A program made the position numbers and the translations under genes. A DNA stretch of 63,081 nucleotides, the filler included, from Octopus bimaculoides (lineage: Eukaryota): NCBI RefSeq assembly GCF_001194135.2. It is 5 parts of 4 records of this genome, joined end to end, with 100 filler letters (N's around TTAATTAATTAA, not from the genome) between each part and the next. Parts side by side here need not be neighbours in the genome. Positions count along the whole stretch, not along the records: positions 1 to 15,913 come from NC_068982.1; 4 more parts are not named here. One strand, given 5' to 3'. Positions 1-14,085 of the stretch are shown one piece after another. How positions within the stretch are numbered: the first letter of the stretch is position 1; each line of letters opens with the position of its first letter. A model generated the notes under the pieces. That model saw only the letters and a program-made list of their open reading frames with translations. It was not told the origin of the DNA and made no database searches.

Positions 1-269
1 TAGTGGAATAGTTTCATTTTTAAAGTGAAAGTATTTGACATGAGTGTTTTTGTTTCACTTTTGACACGTAATACTTAAATAGTGGAGGAGATATGATGTT
101 GCTGTGGGCTCGAACTATGCAAGAAGTTAAAAATTTTTTTTGACTAAAACACAACCGGAACCCTAAGTAAGACATGTGTAAAATTTGAATGAAATTGGTT
201 GTGTAGTTCTCGAGTTTTAGGGAGACAGACAGACAGACAGACACACATTCTCATTTTTATATATATAGA
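1..269 (-). mobile_element. 5' end of a non-autonomous Helitron-like element
   Basis: Minus strand begins A^TCTATATATATAAAAATGAGAATGTGTG followed by a (TCTG)n microsatellite. The A^TC start plus early tetranucleotide repeat is typical of invertebrate non-autonomous Helitrons. The 3' end lies outside the window. Confidence 0.6.
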
Positions 270-2254
270 TAAGCTTCTTTCAGTTTCCATCTACTAAATC
301 TGCTCACAAAGCTTTGGTTGGCTCAAGCCTTTAGCAGAAGACCCTTTCACAAGGTGTCATGCAGTGGGAATGGATCTAAAACCATGTAGTTAAAAGCAAT
401 AGAAATGAAGTGATTAGATTGAGAGAGGATGATAAGATAGTAGTATAGGAGGATAATGGCAAGGGTAAGAGATGGATATTGATAACAAGTACCTAAGGGA
501 AAAGGGTGTGATGACTAGCAGTCAGGAAAGGGTGTGTTGGGCATTCCATCAGAATGACAGAAAATAGTGAATAAAAGAGACTAAAGCTAAATGTTGATTT
601 TAAGAATTTAAATAAGTTCTTATTAGGTTTATTTATCAAATTACATAAATGGATAAGGTACTATCGTACCTACTCACAGATCACTAATTCAGATCTGTTT
701 TCAGGCATTTCATTGAACTTCTGATTACATCACTTTACTCCATATTGAGTCAGTTCAGTTCACATTCAAGATATATGATTGCCTTGAAGTGTTACTGGCA
801 ATAGACTTGTACCTTTTGCATCCCAGGAATGATTTATGTTTTATCTCCTCCACGTGTAGTTGTGCAGTAAGAAGTTTACTTCCCAACCACATAGTTTCAG
901 GTTCAGTCCCACTGGGTGGCACCTTGGGCCACACAGTCTTCTGTAGCCTCAAGCTGACCAAAGCCTTATGAATGGGTTTGGTAAGCATAAATTGAAAGAA
1001 GCACATTGTGTGTGCGTGTATACACACACGTATGTACGTATACATACATATATTCACTTATGTCTCTCCCTCTCTTTACTCCAAAAGCAACTGTAGTTGG
1101 CAGTAGCAACAGTCCTCAGTCAAATTTTCAAATTTTACCACATGTATGTGTGTGTGTGTGTATATATATCATCATCACCATCATTTAATGTCCAGTCTCC
1201 ATGCTGGCGTAGGTTGGACAGTTTAACATGGAGCTATGTATGTATGTATGTTTTACTGTCTCCTGTCTTTGACATCATGTGATAGTTGTAAGCAAGTACC
1301 TCTGTCATGCAATTGGTGTTCTTTATTTCTACTCTTCCCAGACATTCCTGGCCATGGGGAAATATTACCTTACTGGAAACAGGTGGAAGTCGGCGACAAA
1401 TTGCATCTGACCAATGCAAGCATGGAAAAGTAGACTTTAAATGATGATGATGGTACCATGAAAACAGAGTTAACAACTGGCTCTATACCTCATGAACCTG
1501 CTTCACCTTCCTAGTGCCTTATAGAAAAGAATGTATCACACACAACTAATTATACAGGAAATATCTATTAATCTTTCTTCAATAATTTATAGTGTTTAGT
1601 TACAGCATCCACTCATAATTCAAATCCCTCCAAGACTAACTTCCAACTCTTCAGGATTAATGAAATGAAAACTATTAAAATGTTGGAATTAAATCAATCT
1701 ATACAGCAACTCTTTAACAAAACTTTGGCGTTGTACCAGTTTGAGAAATTTCTGTGCTGGATCATAAGGCTCATCTATCAAGCTCCTTAAGACACTCCAA
1801 TAGGATAAATACCATTTTCTAAAATAAGAAATGCAATAGCAGAAGTATTGTAATTACCAATGTATTTCTAAAGTTAAACAAAGTATTATTTACAAATAAT
1901 TTTTTTTTCCTTGAGCTGCAGGACTCATAAGACTGGTTGCATCGTTTCCATGGTGTGTAAGTGTCTGAGATAACACCCTTCCCCATAAATGGGATGCCTG
2001 TGTTTGTTGCAAAGTACAAGGTCAGCAATCTTGAGGGGATGAGAAAAGTTGATTACATCAGGGTTGGTACTTAGTTGGTATTTTATTCTATCAACCCTGA
2101 AGGGATGAATGGTAAAGTTTATACCTTAGTGGGATCTGAACTCAGAATTTAAAGAGCTGGAAGAAATGCTGCTTAGCATTTTTGTCTGACATGCTAATGA
2201 TTCTGCCAGCTTGCTACCTTAAATGAGGTACAGAAAGGTATGTTTTGCCATGTG

Positions 2255-2572
2255 CATGGCTCCGTGTCGAACTCACAATCACCAGGTAGTGAGTTTGATT
2301 CCTGGACCAGGCTGCATGTTGTGTTTTTGAGCAAGATACTTTATTTCATGTTACTCCAATTCACTCAACTGTAGAAATGAATTACAATGTCACTGGTGTC
2401 ATGCTGTATTGGCCTTTGCCTTACCCTTGGGCAACATCAGTGGCATGAAGAGGAGAGGCTGGTGTGCATGGGCAACTGCTGGTCTTCCATAAACAACCTT
2501 GCTCATTTTGTGCCTTGGAGGGGAACTTGCTAGGTTCAATCCCATGGTCGTTCATAACTGAAGGGTGTCTTT
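2255..2572 (+). mobile_element. tRNA-derived SINE (family also at 59835-60185, minus strand)
   Basis: B-box-like GAGTTTGATTCC, then a body (GGCTGGTGTGCATGGGCAACTGCTGGTCTTCCA) shared with the inverted copy at 59835-60185. Confidence 0.7.
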
Positions 2573-3199
2573 TAGATTACTATAAAACAGAACCTTTCTT
2601 TTAAAAAAGATGGAAATATGGAATAGCTAAGTGGATCAAATACTGATCACTTGTCTCTAGTTTGGTTATTAATGGTTTGTATCCTATCACTAATGTTATG
2701 CATTGAGATCAAATACATATTTTGCCATCATCTAGGTGTGTGTGAGTGTGTGCACACACGTGCATGCGAACACGTGTGTGTATGTGTTAGTGTGTGCATG
2801 CATGCATGTGTGTATGAACATACTTAGTTCCACAGTGATAATGGTTTGAGGTTTATAATTGTATTAACAAGAGCATGTAATCACACCTTTATCAACCATA
2901 TTTTCAAGATTCCTACGCTCTCTTCAGGTTTGGATACAGTCAGGTTATTTGACAAATCTGATATCACAATAGTCAATTTCCTAATCACAATCTCTCATAA
3001 TAAAAGTAGGGCTAATATTTGATATTACAATCACCAAATTGAAAGACAAAATAGAGACAAGCCAACTAATAAGGCTCAAACTACATATTCATCTTTTGTA
3101 AAGCAATAAATATATCATTCCAACCCATATGTGGCCTGTTTTTTTTTTTTAATCAGATTGGTGTTTATATAGATCATATGATGCCAGAGTGCAAATAGC

Positions 3200-3830
3200 C
3201 ATGCTATACAGCAGTGAAACATGGGCTGTGACCACTGAGGACATGCATAGGCTTGAAAGAAATGAAGCTAGTATGTTTCACTGGATGTGTAATGTCAGTG
3301 TGCATGTATGACAGAGTGTAAGCATCGTCAGAGAAAAGTTGGGCATAAAAGGCATCAGATATAGTATGCAAGAGAGATGACTGCACTGGTATGGTCGTGA
3401 TGCATATAGACGAGAACAGCTGTGTAAGGAAGTGTTAGTCTTTAAGTGTGGAGGGAACCTGTGGTAGAGGTAAACCCAGGAAGACATGGGACAAAGTTGT
3501 GAAGCATGATCTTTGAATGTTAGGCCTCGTGGAAGTAATGACAAGTGACCTAGACCTTTGGATGATATGCTGTACTTGAGAAGACTCGTCAAGCTAAGTG
3601 AAATCATAATCATGGCCAATACCAGTGTCACATAACTGATACCCATGCCAGCAGCATGTAAAAATCACCCATTACACTCTTGGAGTGGTTGGCATTATGA
3701 AAGGCATCCAGTTGTAGAAACCATGCCAAATCAGACTGGAACTAGGTGTAGCTTTCCAGCTTACCAGATTCAGTCAAACTATCTAATCCATGCCAGCATG
3801 GAAAGCAGATACTAAATGATGATGATGATT
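3200..3830 (+). mobile_element. RTE-clade LINE 3' fragment (degenerate)
   Basis: Translates with stops to REKLGIKGIRYSMQER*LHWYG...VEGTCGRGKPRKTWDKVVKHDL, matching the RTE C-terminal RLRWYGH...GRPRKTW motif, and ends in a (GAT)n tail. Confidence 0.75.
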
Positions 3831-3949
3831 GTGTAGTAGCAGTTGTATTGAAATGATAGCAGTTACTTCATGAGTATGTTGAGATATCAATATTATATTA
3901 ATATATATATTAATGTTAAGATAAACATTTTGTTAATATGTAATATTCG

Positions 3950-4145
3950 GAGGCGCAATGATCCAGTGGTTAGGGCAGCGGACTTGCAGTCGGAGGATCG
4001 CAGTTTCGGTTCCCAGACCGGGTGTTGTGTGTGTTTATTGAACGAAAACACCTAAAGTTCCACAAGGCTCTGGCAGGGGGTGGTGGCGACCCCTGTTCTC
4101 TTTCGCCCCAACTTTCTCTCACTCTTTATTCCTGTTTCTTGAGTA
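3950..4145 (+). mobile_element. tRNA-derived SINE, 5' part (same family as 15540-15913)
   Basis: GGAGGCGCAATGATCCAGTGGTTAGG A-box, GGTTCCC B-box region, and a body nearly identical to the 15540 copy. Confidence 0.8.
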
Positions 4146-5899
4146 ACACTGTACATATGTATTTGCCAAAATCATCAAATAACTCTAAGTATTTAAATTC
4201 TGGAAGAAGGATGTAGTGTTATGATAAATTACCAAACTGAATATATTGTAGTATTCTGTCATAGTCACCTCTGTCTTTGATTCTTCATGTTTCAAATACC
4301 TGCATTATTCTGGGTTGATTCATTCAGTTGTATTTCTCCCCAATAAATATTTGGGTTTGTGCAGTTCTTAAGAAATCATCAGTTGACATTTCACTTAGAA
4401 CAAAATGAAAAACCATTAGTGTTAATGACAATTTTTGTTATAAAGGAAAAGGAAAGTAACACTGAAATGAATATTGAGTTAAAATTATGTTGAAATACAG
4501 TGGGGAGTGAATTTGATGTTTGTTAAGTGTGTATGGTTATAATTCTAGATGTTAGAATGACTGAGAAGTCATTAGCCATGGGCAAACTGCAGCCTGTGGG
4601 ATTAATATTATCTAACCTCTTGGCACACAAACTGGCAGAATCATTAAAGCTATGAACAGAACAGTTATGGTATTTGGTCTGACTGTGTGTGTTTTGAGTT
4701 CATATCTCACTGAGGTCAGTTTTATCTATCCTTTCTCTCTTTCTTGCATCTTGTCAACAGCAAGTTACCTGTTTTGTGCCTCTACCACACTTTAAACTCG
4801 CAACACCTGGCTCAAAGTCACCCCCCCGCCATTCTGTCAAGAGGTTTTGTCTTGCAAGTTACTTGGTGACCGCACCAGTGCTGCTGTCATGATAGTGCAC
4901 CCAGTACAGTCTGTAAAGTGGTTGGTATTAGGAAGAGCATTTATCTGTAGAAACTATGCTAAAGTAGGTAGGTACTGGAGCTCAACACAGTCCTTTGGCT
5001 CACCAGATCCTATCAAATTGTCCAACCCATGCCAGCATGGAATATAGATGTTAAATGATGATGATGATAGTACCAGTCCAGGGTATTGGATGGCAGGAAG
5101 ATGCTTTGCAGTATTGGTTGTGGCTCTTTGCATTGTGAAGTCAAATCTCACTGAAGTCATTTATTTGAAGAAAAAAAAAAGAACCTAACAATCCAGGGTA
5201 GTAGATAGCTGCAACTGTTAGCGGGGTCAGGCACAATACTTTATATTATTTGTTTCCACTCTGCATTCTGATAGCAACAACTGTGACAACACAGGTACCA
5301 AACTTATCAATCAAAGTTGATAGCCTTTCCCCTTGGATAAACATCAGTGACACGGAAAAGGGAAACTTCCATATATGATTTGGTTACTATTTCTCACAAG
5401 TAAATAGAAGCCTCACATGTTGATGGAACCGAGACTATAACAGTATCAAACTAAATATCTAACACTATTTGATGTCATCTCTCATTGTTTTAAGCTCACA
5501 TCTGACTTAGATGTGACTTTGCATTTTCTTCCTTCTGAAGTTGGTAAAATGAAGCACCAATAAATAAAGTTGATTAAGTCAACTATATATCCTCCAAAAT
5601 GTGTGACCTTGTGCTTGTAAAGAAGTAATGGAAATATTAAATCAGTTCTTAGCAGTCTATCTCTGTTTAATTACCAGTCATAGATGTTTCAATTTACGAT
5701 GTTATTCTTAAGAAAACATTCACAGTTTAGGAGAAAATGAGATTAGTAGGAAGATGAAAGAAGTTGAAATACTTCTTTTGTAGTAGAAACAAAAGAAACT
5801 TGTGAGGATTGTGCTACTGTCTTGTGAGAGTCTCTGATACTACTTTTCAACCATATTAATATCAAGTCAATGCAGGTTTCTGTATTTTTCACATCTGAA

Positions 5900-7270
5900 A
5901 GTAAAATTTTCAATTGTTGCAAATATTCAGTTTGCTTAGTAAACACAGTAGTTTCATTTCAATACCTTTATCTGTTGATGGTTTATTAGAAAGTAACCAG
6001 AACAGCTCACAACCTTAGCGTGAGCCATAATATTAGCAGAGTGAGAACAGTCAGAGACTATTTATTGTAAAATCACTACTAAATGGAATACTGTTTCAAC
6101 TGTTTGTATTCCCTCAAGCTGACTTTAAGGACCACTTTCTTCATGGTGCACCATCAGGTTCTGTTGGTCGTTACTTCCCTCAGGATAGATGACAGCAGAA
6201 AAAATTCTCAGTAATAAAGTATTCTGTGACACATGTTAAATGTGTACCTGAAAAAAATTATCAATACTCAAAAATTATGGGAGTCACATCAGAGTAGAGA
6301 TGATTGATCATGCTCAAGGAAATGGAGTAGCATTGCTGTAGTTTCCCCTTAAATTGATCATACAAGATACATCTCTTTCAGGAGACTATTTTGGAGCCTT
6401 TCAGAAAGCAGTGTTGCTCTGTTACTGACTAATGGATGAAAGAAAAAAAGGGAGAAATTATGACAATATATAACATTCTTGGGTTAGTAGGGAAGGCATT
6501 TTATCAAACCATGACTCCTACTAACATCTACCAGTCAGATTCCAGGGTAACAAGTATTTATCCTTTAGGGAAGAACAACTTTACCAATTATGAATTCCTT
6601 GCTTCTGATGTGATAAATCATTCTTTAAACATCAACAAAGATTCCACTGCAATTGAATGCACAGCAACCTATTCTGCAGCACTTGCTTCATTGACCCCCA
6701 AATGCTGCAACATGAAGCCAACCAGGACTATTTGGTTCAGGTCCCTTAATGCCTAAGGAAAAGAAAAGGTAAAAGAAAACCTGAGAGAGCAAGAATGTTC
6801 ACTGACATTTCTGGGTAATTAAAAATTATACAACAGGTCAACATGAGGAAGAACAAATCATCCAAGGTGATTCAACTACCCCAACAAAAAAAACAACAAA
6901 CAAATTATGAGGCAAATGGTTGAAGGCCTCTTACACAGGTGACCTGATGGAAAGAACATTAGTGCTGAAGACGTTTCCTTGGAACATCCTCTGATGAGGA
7001 ACCATTAATTGGTGAGCAAGCCACAAACAAACAGGTATGTCGACACTATATTTCTTATGCATTTTGTAATAAATAAAAAGGTGCTCTATTGTATTAGACT
7101 AGTTAATGAAGTAAATGAAGGTGATGAGACTACCAACAAAATTATGAAACAAATTCCAAGCAAAGGCTTTGTATATCCCAAATTCACAATGGTAGACGAT
7201 GCTGAAATATGCACATATAAACTTGAGGATATCATATTCATTCTGCCTGCTCTGTGCAACAAGAGAAAGA
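5900..7270 (+). mobile_element. Decayed pogo-like (DDE_1) DNA transposon
   Basis: Frame-shifted fragments DFKDHFLHGAPSGSVG, SG*MTAE, HVKCVPEK and SHIRVEMIDHAQGNGVALL*FP match pogo/DDE_1 transposases. The distal LVNEV...KGFVYP...DDAEIC...LEDIIFILP resembles the C-terminal module of such elements. No intact TIRs seen. Confidence 0.65.
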
Positions 7271-7800
7271 CGTGTTGTTAGTAGAAATTTGTGTTTCTTG
7301 TTGATCAGACTAAATACAAGGGCATATCGTGGACTAATAAAATTTATTGAGAGGTGACAAACCAAAGTGACCATCATGCCTAATTGAAGTTATCTGATAG
7401 AATGTATCATTGGAATTGAAAACTGAAATGACACCAATATGATTCTTAAATTGTCTTATAATTACTGGTGTTTTCTATCATGCCCCATAGCAGTGGCATA
7501 GCTAATGTGCTGAGCAGGGCAGCCCTTAAGTATGCTGACAACCACCACTAAGTCTCCAAGCCAGTGCAGGCTTATACAGCAGACCCAAAAGTGCTTCCTC
7601 CATAAAAGCGCCCCCCTCTAGGTACTTCCCCCTAGCTTGTTACAACTTACACAATTGTGGGGCGAGTTGGAACGCCTAGATTTAAGCCATAAAATATTTT
7701 TTTCCCGAATTTCTCAAAGCTGTGGCTAAGAGTTTTGCTGATTTTATTGTACATATATAGTGTTAAAAAGGATGAAGTAGCAGATTTATTGAGATGCCGA

Positions 7801-8063
7801 CCTCACCTCGACCTTGTTTCCTCATAACTTTCTTATAATACATATTTATCAATGAAATTTTGTAGAGATGCGTTTTCGGAGATGTAGATAACGACTATAT
7901 TCTTCCGCTTTTTTTAATTTTAATTTTTTTTTTACCGTTCTTGTACTCGTTCCATTCATTAATACAATCGTTATCTACACTGCCAAAAACGTATATCTGC
8001 AAAATTTCATCAAAAGACATAACCATTATTGAGAAAGTTGGAAGAAACGATTTCAAGGTGAGG
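7801..8063. repeat. Imperfect inverted repeat (about 95-bp arms), MITE-like
   Basis: Left arm CCTCACCTCG...ATGAAATTTTGTAGAGATGCG...TGTAGATAACG pairs with right arm CGTTATCTACA...TCTGCAAAATTTCATC...AAGGTGAGG. Confidence 0.7.
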
Positions 8064-10337
8064 TACACCAAACTGTAGTTATACCTATATAACCTAATGT
8101 AAATAAGTAGTTTGGTGAAATGTGTCCCAAATTAACCTACAGTTATCCTTTTATCAATGATCTTGGGCACATTTTTTTATACCAGAGCAAGAAGCAAATT
8201 CTTGGTAAGACACATCCATAACAGAATGCTTTTGACAAAGTATGCACACCACAACTTCTTATTTTATTGCATTATTAAAATATCGGGACTGCTAACCAAG
8301 TCTTAAAAAAATTGATATTTACAGTATGAACATTATTGAACAAGCAGTACAGAACTTGACGGCTACAGGCTACGATGTAATCACATATTCCCTACTAAAA
8401 TCTAAGATTTTGCCTCCACAATACTTAACTATAAACTTATTGTTCATTTAAAGCAAGAAATAATTACAAGCTGGTCAATATTTTTATCTCCGGTTTATAA
8501 ATTTTCTTTAAAATATTATTCCATCCTGAAACATTATTCTTCTGTTACTCCGCATTCTTACATCAAATTGCAATCACAGCACAAAATACTGCAATATGCA
8601 GCAAATTTACTCCTCGAGTTAAATATGTTTGTTTTGAAAATACAATAACAAACACGCAGAACTGCATAGAAATCATCGAGAGTTATCTCCTCTTGGTAAT
8701 TATTCTATTTCTTCGTTTGTGAATTAATTACGACACATGTTTCATCAATTGAGATTTATAGATGATGGGGGAATGTAAAACTGATGTTCATGCCTTTTTT
8801 AATTATTCAATTGCAACGTAAAGGACACGGATCGAAATAAAAACACCTGAGATTCGAGCTTACTACTGACCTCAAATTTATTAACCGCCAACTCGATCAT
8901 AAATGTAAAATAGTTTTATCTCACCTATTTTTGCTACAATATATATATATATATAGCAAAACGTAGATTATATATACATACACACATACATATGTACACA
9001 CACACATATGTATGTGTATATATATTTTATATGTGTGGAGGATATATGCAAATGAATAAGATACTATACCTTCATGAGGCCAATATAACCTATTTGAATA
9101 TATACTTTACCGAAATATTTGCGCCAAGCAGTGTATATAACATTAATTTCGATAATATACATATACATACATATATACATGTGTGTGTGTGTGTGTATGT
9201 GTACATACACACACACACACATGTATACATGTATGTATATATATGTATAAAATATACATACCTATATATATATATATATATATATATNNNNNNNNNNTAT
9301 TTGCGCCAAGCAGTGTATATAACATTAATTTCGATAATATACATATACATACATATATACATGTGTGTGTGTGTGTGTATGTGTACATACACACACACAC
9401 ACATGTATACATGTATGTATATATATGTATAAAATATACATACCTATATATATGTACATAATATGCATTCTAGGCTTACAAAGAGTAAGTCCTGGGGTCG
9501 ATTTGTTCGACTAAAGGCAGTGCTCCAGCATGGCCGCGGTCAAATGATTGAAACAAAGAAGAGAACACACACACGCATATTTATATATAAACTACGTATC
9601 TCTTGCTTTGAGTGTGCCTCAAATTTATCTCAAGATCGTCTGGAGAAACATCGAAGGCGAACTATAAGATATACTGAAACATCCTTCCCTGTGAACCCTT
9701 TTATTTACTGAATTTACTGATTATACTTAACTACATAGACTTATTCTTCATATTGAAAGGAATTTTGCTTTAACGTGCCAAAACTATTAAGTACTTTCTG
9801 GTTTGGGATATCGCATCAATTCTGCTCCCTAGTCCCCGTCAGAATTACCGCTCTCCCGCCTCTAATTTCTCCTCATCTCTCGTATACGTTATCAGCCAAC
9901 TTTGTAGATAATGGGATATTACCGTTACTTTTTGGGCGCTAAATTGTTCAACTGTATGCCTCCTCTGTCCAATGCAACCAATGGTTGACTGATTGAATGA
10001 GCGGTTAAGGCTTAAAGTCCCAGTCACTTCAAACATGATTAATAAGTTTGACCCCACGAATTATATATGTGGACTACCATCATGAGTGAATGTTTTGTTG
10101 CTGCCTACAGTTTAACATCACCTAAAATTGTTTGTGTGTGTGTGTGTGTATAAGGTACATGTGTATGCACGCACTCGCCTTTATGTGATCGCGCGCGCAT
10201 TTATGCGCGCGTATACAATTACACAAAGCTCCGACACCTACTGTTTGAACAATATTTCAACGAAGAACATGGGATCTTTCTGATATTTTTGATTTAGTGT
10301 ATTTTGACTGCGGACATATATATTTAAACCTATGCCC

Positions 10338-10368
<31 letters not shown>

Positions 10369-10433
10369 AGTGTGTATTTGTGTATGTAATATGTCTCTAT
10401 ATATACATATATATATACATACATATACATATG

Positions 10434-10493
<60 letters not shown>

Positions 10494-11019
10494 TACATAT
10501 ACACACACACACACACCTATATATATATATATATATATATATAATTATAAGATCTGGTAATTAGTCATATATTAATATATTAATTAATATCGATTAATTA
10601 TCAGGGGGCCAGCACATTTAAAGAATCAAAGAGATTCAGAAATATTATCTGCAATCTCAGGGGATTAAGGTACATTTTAAAAAATAGCGTCGACCACTAA
10701 CGTGGACAATTAATGCGCTAGAAATAGATCACATCTTGAGAACTTTTTANNNNNNNNNNNNNNNNNNNNNNNNNNNNNNNNNNNNNNNNNNNNNNNNNNN
10801 NNNNNNNNNNNNNAGAGAGAGAGAGAGAGAGACATACGGGTATACCAAATACCGTACAATATAACTTCTTTATTTAAAAAAAAATCTTCTCCACCTCTAG
10901 AGGATGTGTCATAAATCCAGCTTATTATGAAATGGGGAGATAAGATAACAGTATCGGATCCGTGTTTCTGCCTTTCAATAAACCTAATTAGCATAACATT
11001 TGTCCAACTTTATCTCCAG

Positions 11020-11070
11020 TAGACAAGGAAGGGACTTATAGAAAAGGTATAGGATGTTTCTGTGGCCCAG
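11020..11070 (+). CDS. Candidate orphan 51-nt exon (phase 1-1), xDKEGTYRKGIGCFCGP
   Basis: Acceptor ctttatctccag, consensus donor CAG|GTAAGT, one open frame. No recognisable homology. Confidence 0.3.
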
Positions 11071-11762
11071 GTAAGTTGGATAATTTAAACAAATGAAATA
11101 AGATAAAGAACTCAGAAGGGCCTGTGACATGTTTTTGAACAACATAGACAAATATAGTTATAATGAAAAACCGTCATAATACAAGTAAGTTTGGAAGTAT
11201 CCTTTTGCACAGTAAGTAATAATAGGAAATATGGCATACATACAATAATTATAATCTAACTTTTATCAATTTTTTTGTGCTTATACAAAATGATGAAATG
11301 AATACTAATTTTAAAACGAAAAATATTATCTTACAATAAAATAAAATAAAAACAAATTTCTCATTTGTACATTTGCAATAAACATGTTATTTTCTAAATT
11401 GTATCAACATGAACGCAATTTACTCCATCAAAAACCTATCTTTGCAAAATCTCTTTTAAAAAATGTTTTATTTTGAGAAAGTCACAAGACGCCCATTCTG
11501 CATCTCATATGTTAAACCTCTCTGTATCTCTTTTACTTTCTCTACCTCTCTCTCTATACGGTGTAAAGCGTGAATGGAGGAATCTACCAATCACCGAAAC
11601 AACCAACAAACATTTACATCGGCTATTATTAAATAGAGAGTAATAACGTATCTATTCATTCTAAATACTTTGTGACAGGATGTTTGATCACTGTAGTTTT
11701 TCTTCAATGGAGGACACCTGCTGAGTCGCGTGTTATGAATACATCATCTATCATTCTTACAA

Positions 11763-11890
11763 CGTTGTGGCAGATTCGAACGTGAATGTCTGATCGCTGT
11801 TCTTTTTCGACACCGGACAATGCGTCGACGCATTGTCCGGTGTCGAAAAAGAACAGTGATCAGACATTCACTTTCGAATCTGCCACAACG
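11763..11890. repeat. 128-bp spacer-less palindrome (64-bp arms, 2 mismatches)
   Basis: Centre GCGTC|GACGC at 11826/11827. Arms compared base by base. Weaker pairing extends to about 11745-11906. Confidence 0.95.
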
Positions 11891-14052
11891 CAAGAATGAA
11901 TAGATGCGTTATTGTTTGTATTCTCACTGATCCGCATGCACTCCAAGAGATTCTTGTACACTCAACGTATTTGCTGCATTATTTTCATTTAAAAAATTAC
12001 TTATGTAACATTTCTTGCTCTTTCGTTGCCTTTGTAGCAAATGATATATTATTGTGAGGCTAACTTTGCTTTCCATCCTGTCGGGCCCGTTAAAATAAGC
12101 TACCCGTCAAGTACTAGGGTTGATGGCGTCGTCTACCGCCACCACTAAAAAAAATGTGGCCTTCTGCTTATATCAGAAACTATTGAAGGCGAGAATTAGC
12201 AGAATAGTCAGAGCGTCGGGAAAATGCCTTGCGGTATTTCTTACGGCTCTTCGCCCGCCGGGGTCAGTTTCCTTTCACTCCTCCGGAATTGATAAAATAA
12301 AGTATCAGTCAAGTTCTGGGCTCGATGGAATTGACTAGTCCCCTTCCCTCAAAATTATAGGTATTGTGTTCAAAATAAGAAACCGTTATTTATTTTTCTA
12401 GGATGGTAGATTCGTTAGCCCATCGGAGGAAAATGCCTTGCGCGTTTTGTTTCGTCTCTTCACGTCCTGCCAAAGTCAACTTGCTTTTAATCTATTTGGA
12501 GTCGATATACTCGAGTATTCATCTCCTTCAAATTGCTAGTATTGAGCACAAAAATGTTTGAGCGTCAAAGGATTGTCAAACCTTCTGAGGAGCTAGCCCA
12601 TAAACATGCTGGTTATGTATACTCAGCCAGCGTACTAGCTGGTTTCAGCGAACACATCGACATTTGCGCCACCAACCCGGCTTCAGAATCTTTCTCCTCT
12701 ATAAATTCAGGGACGATGCAACCTGCAGTCAGCACATTAACAAAGAGTCATATTTTATCACAAAATATAAACCCCTTTTGAATGCGTCCACCGCAAATGA
12801 CACTATTGCAAGGGCCTTAGAATAATACCCACGCAGATATTAAAAACGATATGTTCAGAACAGTCACTACCCATGAATTTATTCAGAACAATTCCAATCA
12901 CTACTATTACAACCACAACGAGTCACTTTTAGGTCACTTGACCATTTAAGAGGATTCCACCAACATCCTACTACTGTCATACCACTCCCGTATTTTTCGT
13001 ATTCTTGCTCTTCTTTTCCTACCCCCTCTTCTTCTTCTTCTTCTTATTATTATTATTATTATTATATATTCGATCAAATCTCCTGCGAGTTAATTTGAGA
13101 TTCCTTGACAACACTGTAGCCTTCATTTAACTAACGCATCTTCGGCCTGATGAGTAACTAGTGGAGTACCCCTCGTTGATTAATTACTATTTCCGAGGTT
13201 CCGCTAACTAGCAAACACCGAGGTTGACTTTACCATTCATCCTTTCGGGGTCGATAAAATAAGTACCAGTGAAGCACTGTGGTCGAGGTAATCGATTTAC
13301 CCCTCTCACTAAACTGCTAGCCTTATGCCAAAATTTGAAATCGATTTTAAATAATTCCATGATATCCAAGCTTTTATGTTTCATGTCAGTAACTTTTAAA
13401 AATCTTGTGTATATATTAAATAATTGTATTTATGCTGGCAACTTCAAAATGATGTGTATTATATAAATCATTCCGTTATATTCAAGCTCTTTGTGTGTTT
13501 TCATGTTAGCAACTTCAGAATCATATGTAAAATACAAACTACAGCGTTTTAATTCTACTTTATGTCATTCACTTTAAAATAACGTGTCTTAAAAAATTCC
13601 TTGACTCCCTCAGCTTTTCTTTTTGTTTTTGTTTTTTTCTTTTCGTTGGAAAAAGGAAGAGAGAGAGAGATACAATAGACAGACTGATTGAGAAACAGTA
13701 TTCTCTACTTACTTTTCTGGTGATGATGCTGATATCATGAAATATATGTCAAAACAATGTCTAAAATGGTTTGCTTTCATAGAACATATTCTTTTGTGCT
13801 GTTTTAGAAAATGCCTAATCTTTATAAAAATAAAATTCACTGTATGCTCACGGAATATCATGAAAACAGTACATTGTGGCGATAAAATATTTCGACTTGT
13901 GTACTCTTAAAAGCCTATTTTGCCTAAAGGATTTCCAATTTTCTGGGTCCAGGGATCCACGAAAACACTTAATTTCGTTCCTTACTATATCAAAAGAACT
14001 TTTCTCTATTAATGTAAGTCATCAAAATAAACAGGTAAATATTATTATTATT

Positions 14053-14085
<33 letters not shown>

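Noticed and set aside
5743-5946. Minus-strand 67-aa ORF with an acceptor-like site
   Set aside because: It lies in or next to the decayed pogo-like element on the opposite strand and has no homology.
9116-9452. About 160-bp direct duplication around a 10-N gap, each copy with a (TG)n/(CA)n hairpin
   Set aside because: Near-identical copies on both sides of a tiny gap are typical of unmerged contig overlap.
13147-13175. CTGATGAG as a hammerhead core (also 6991-6998)
   Set aside because: No stem II followed by GAAA and no closable stems.
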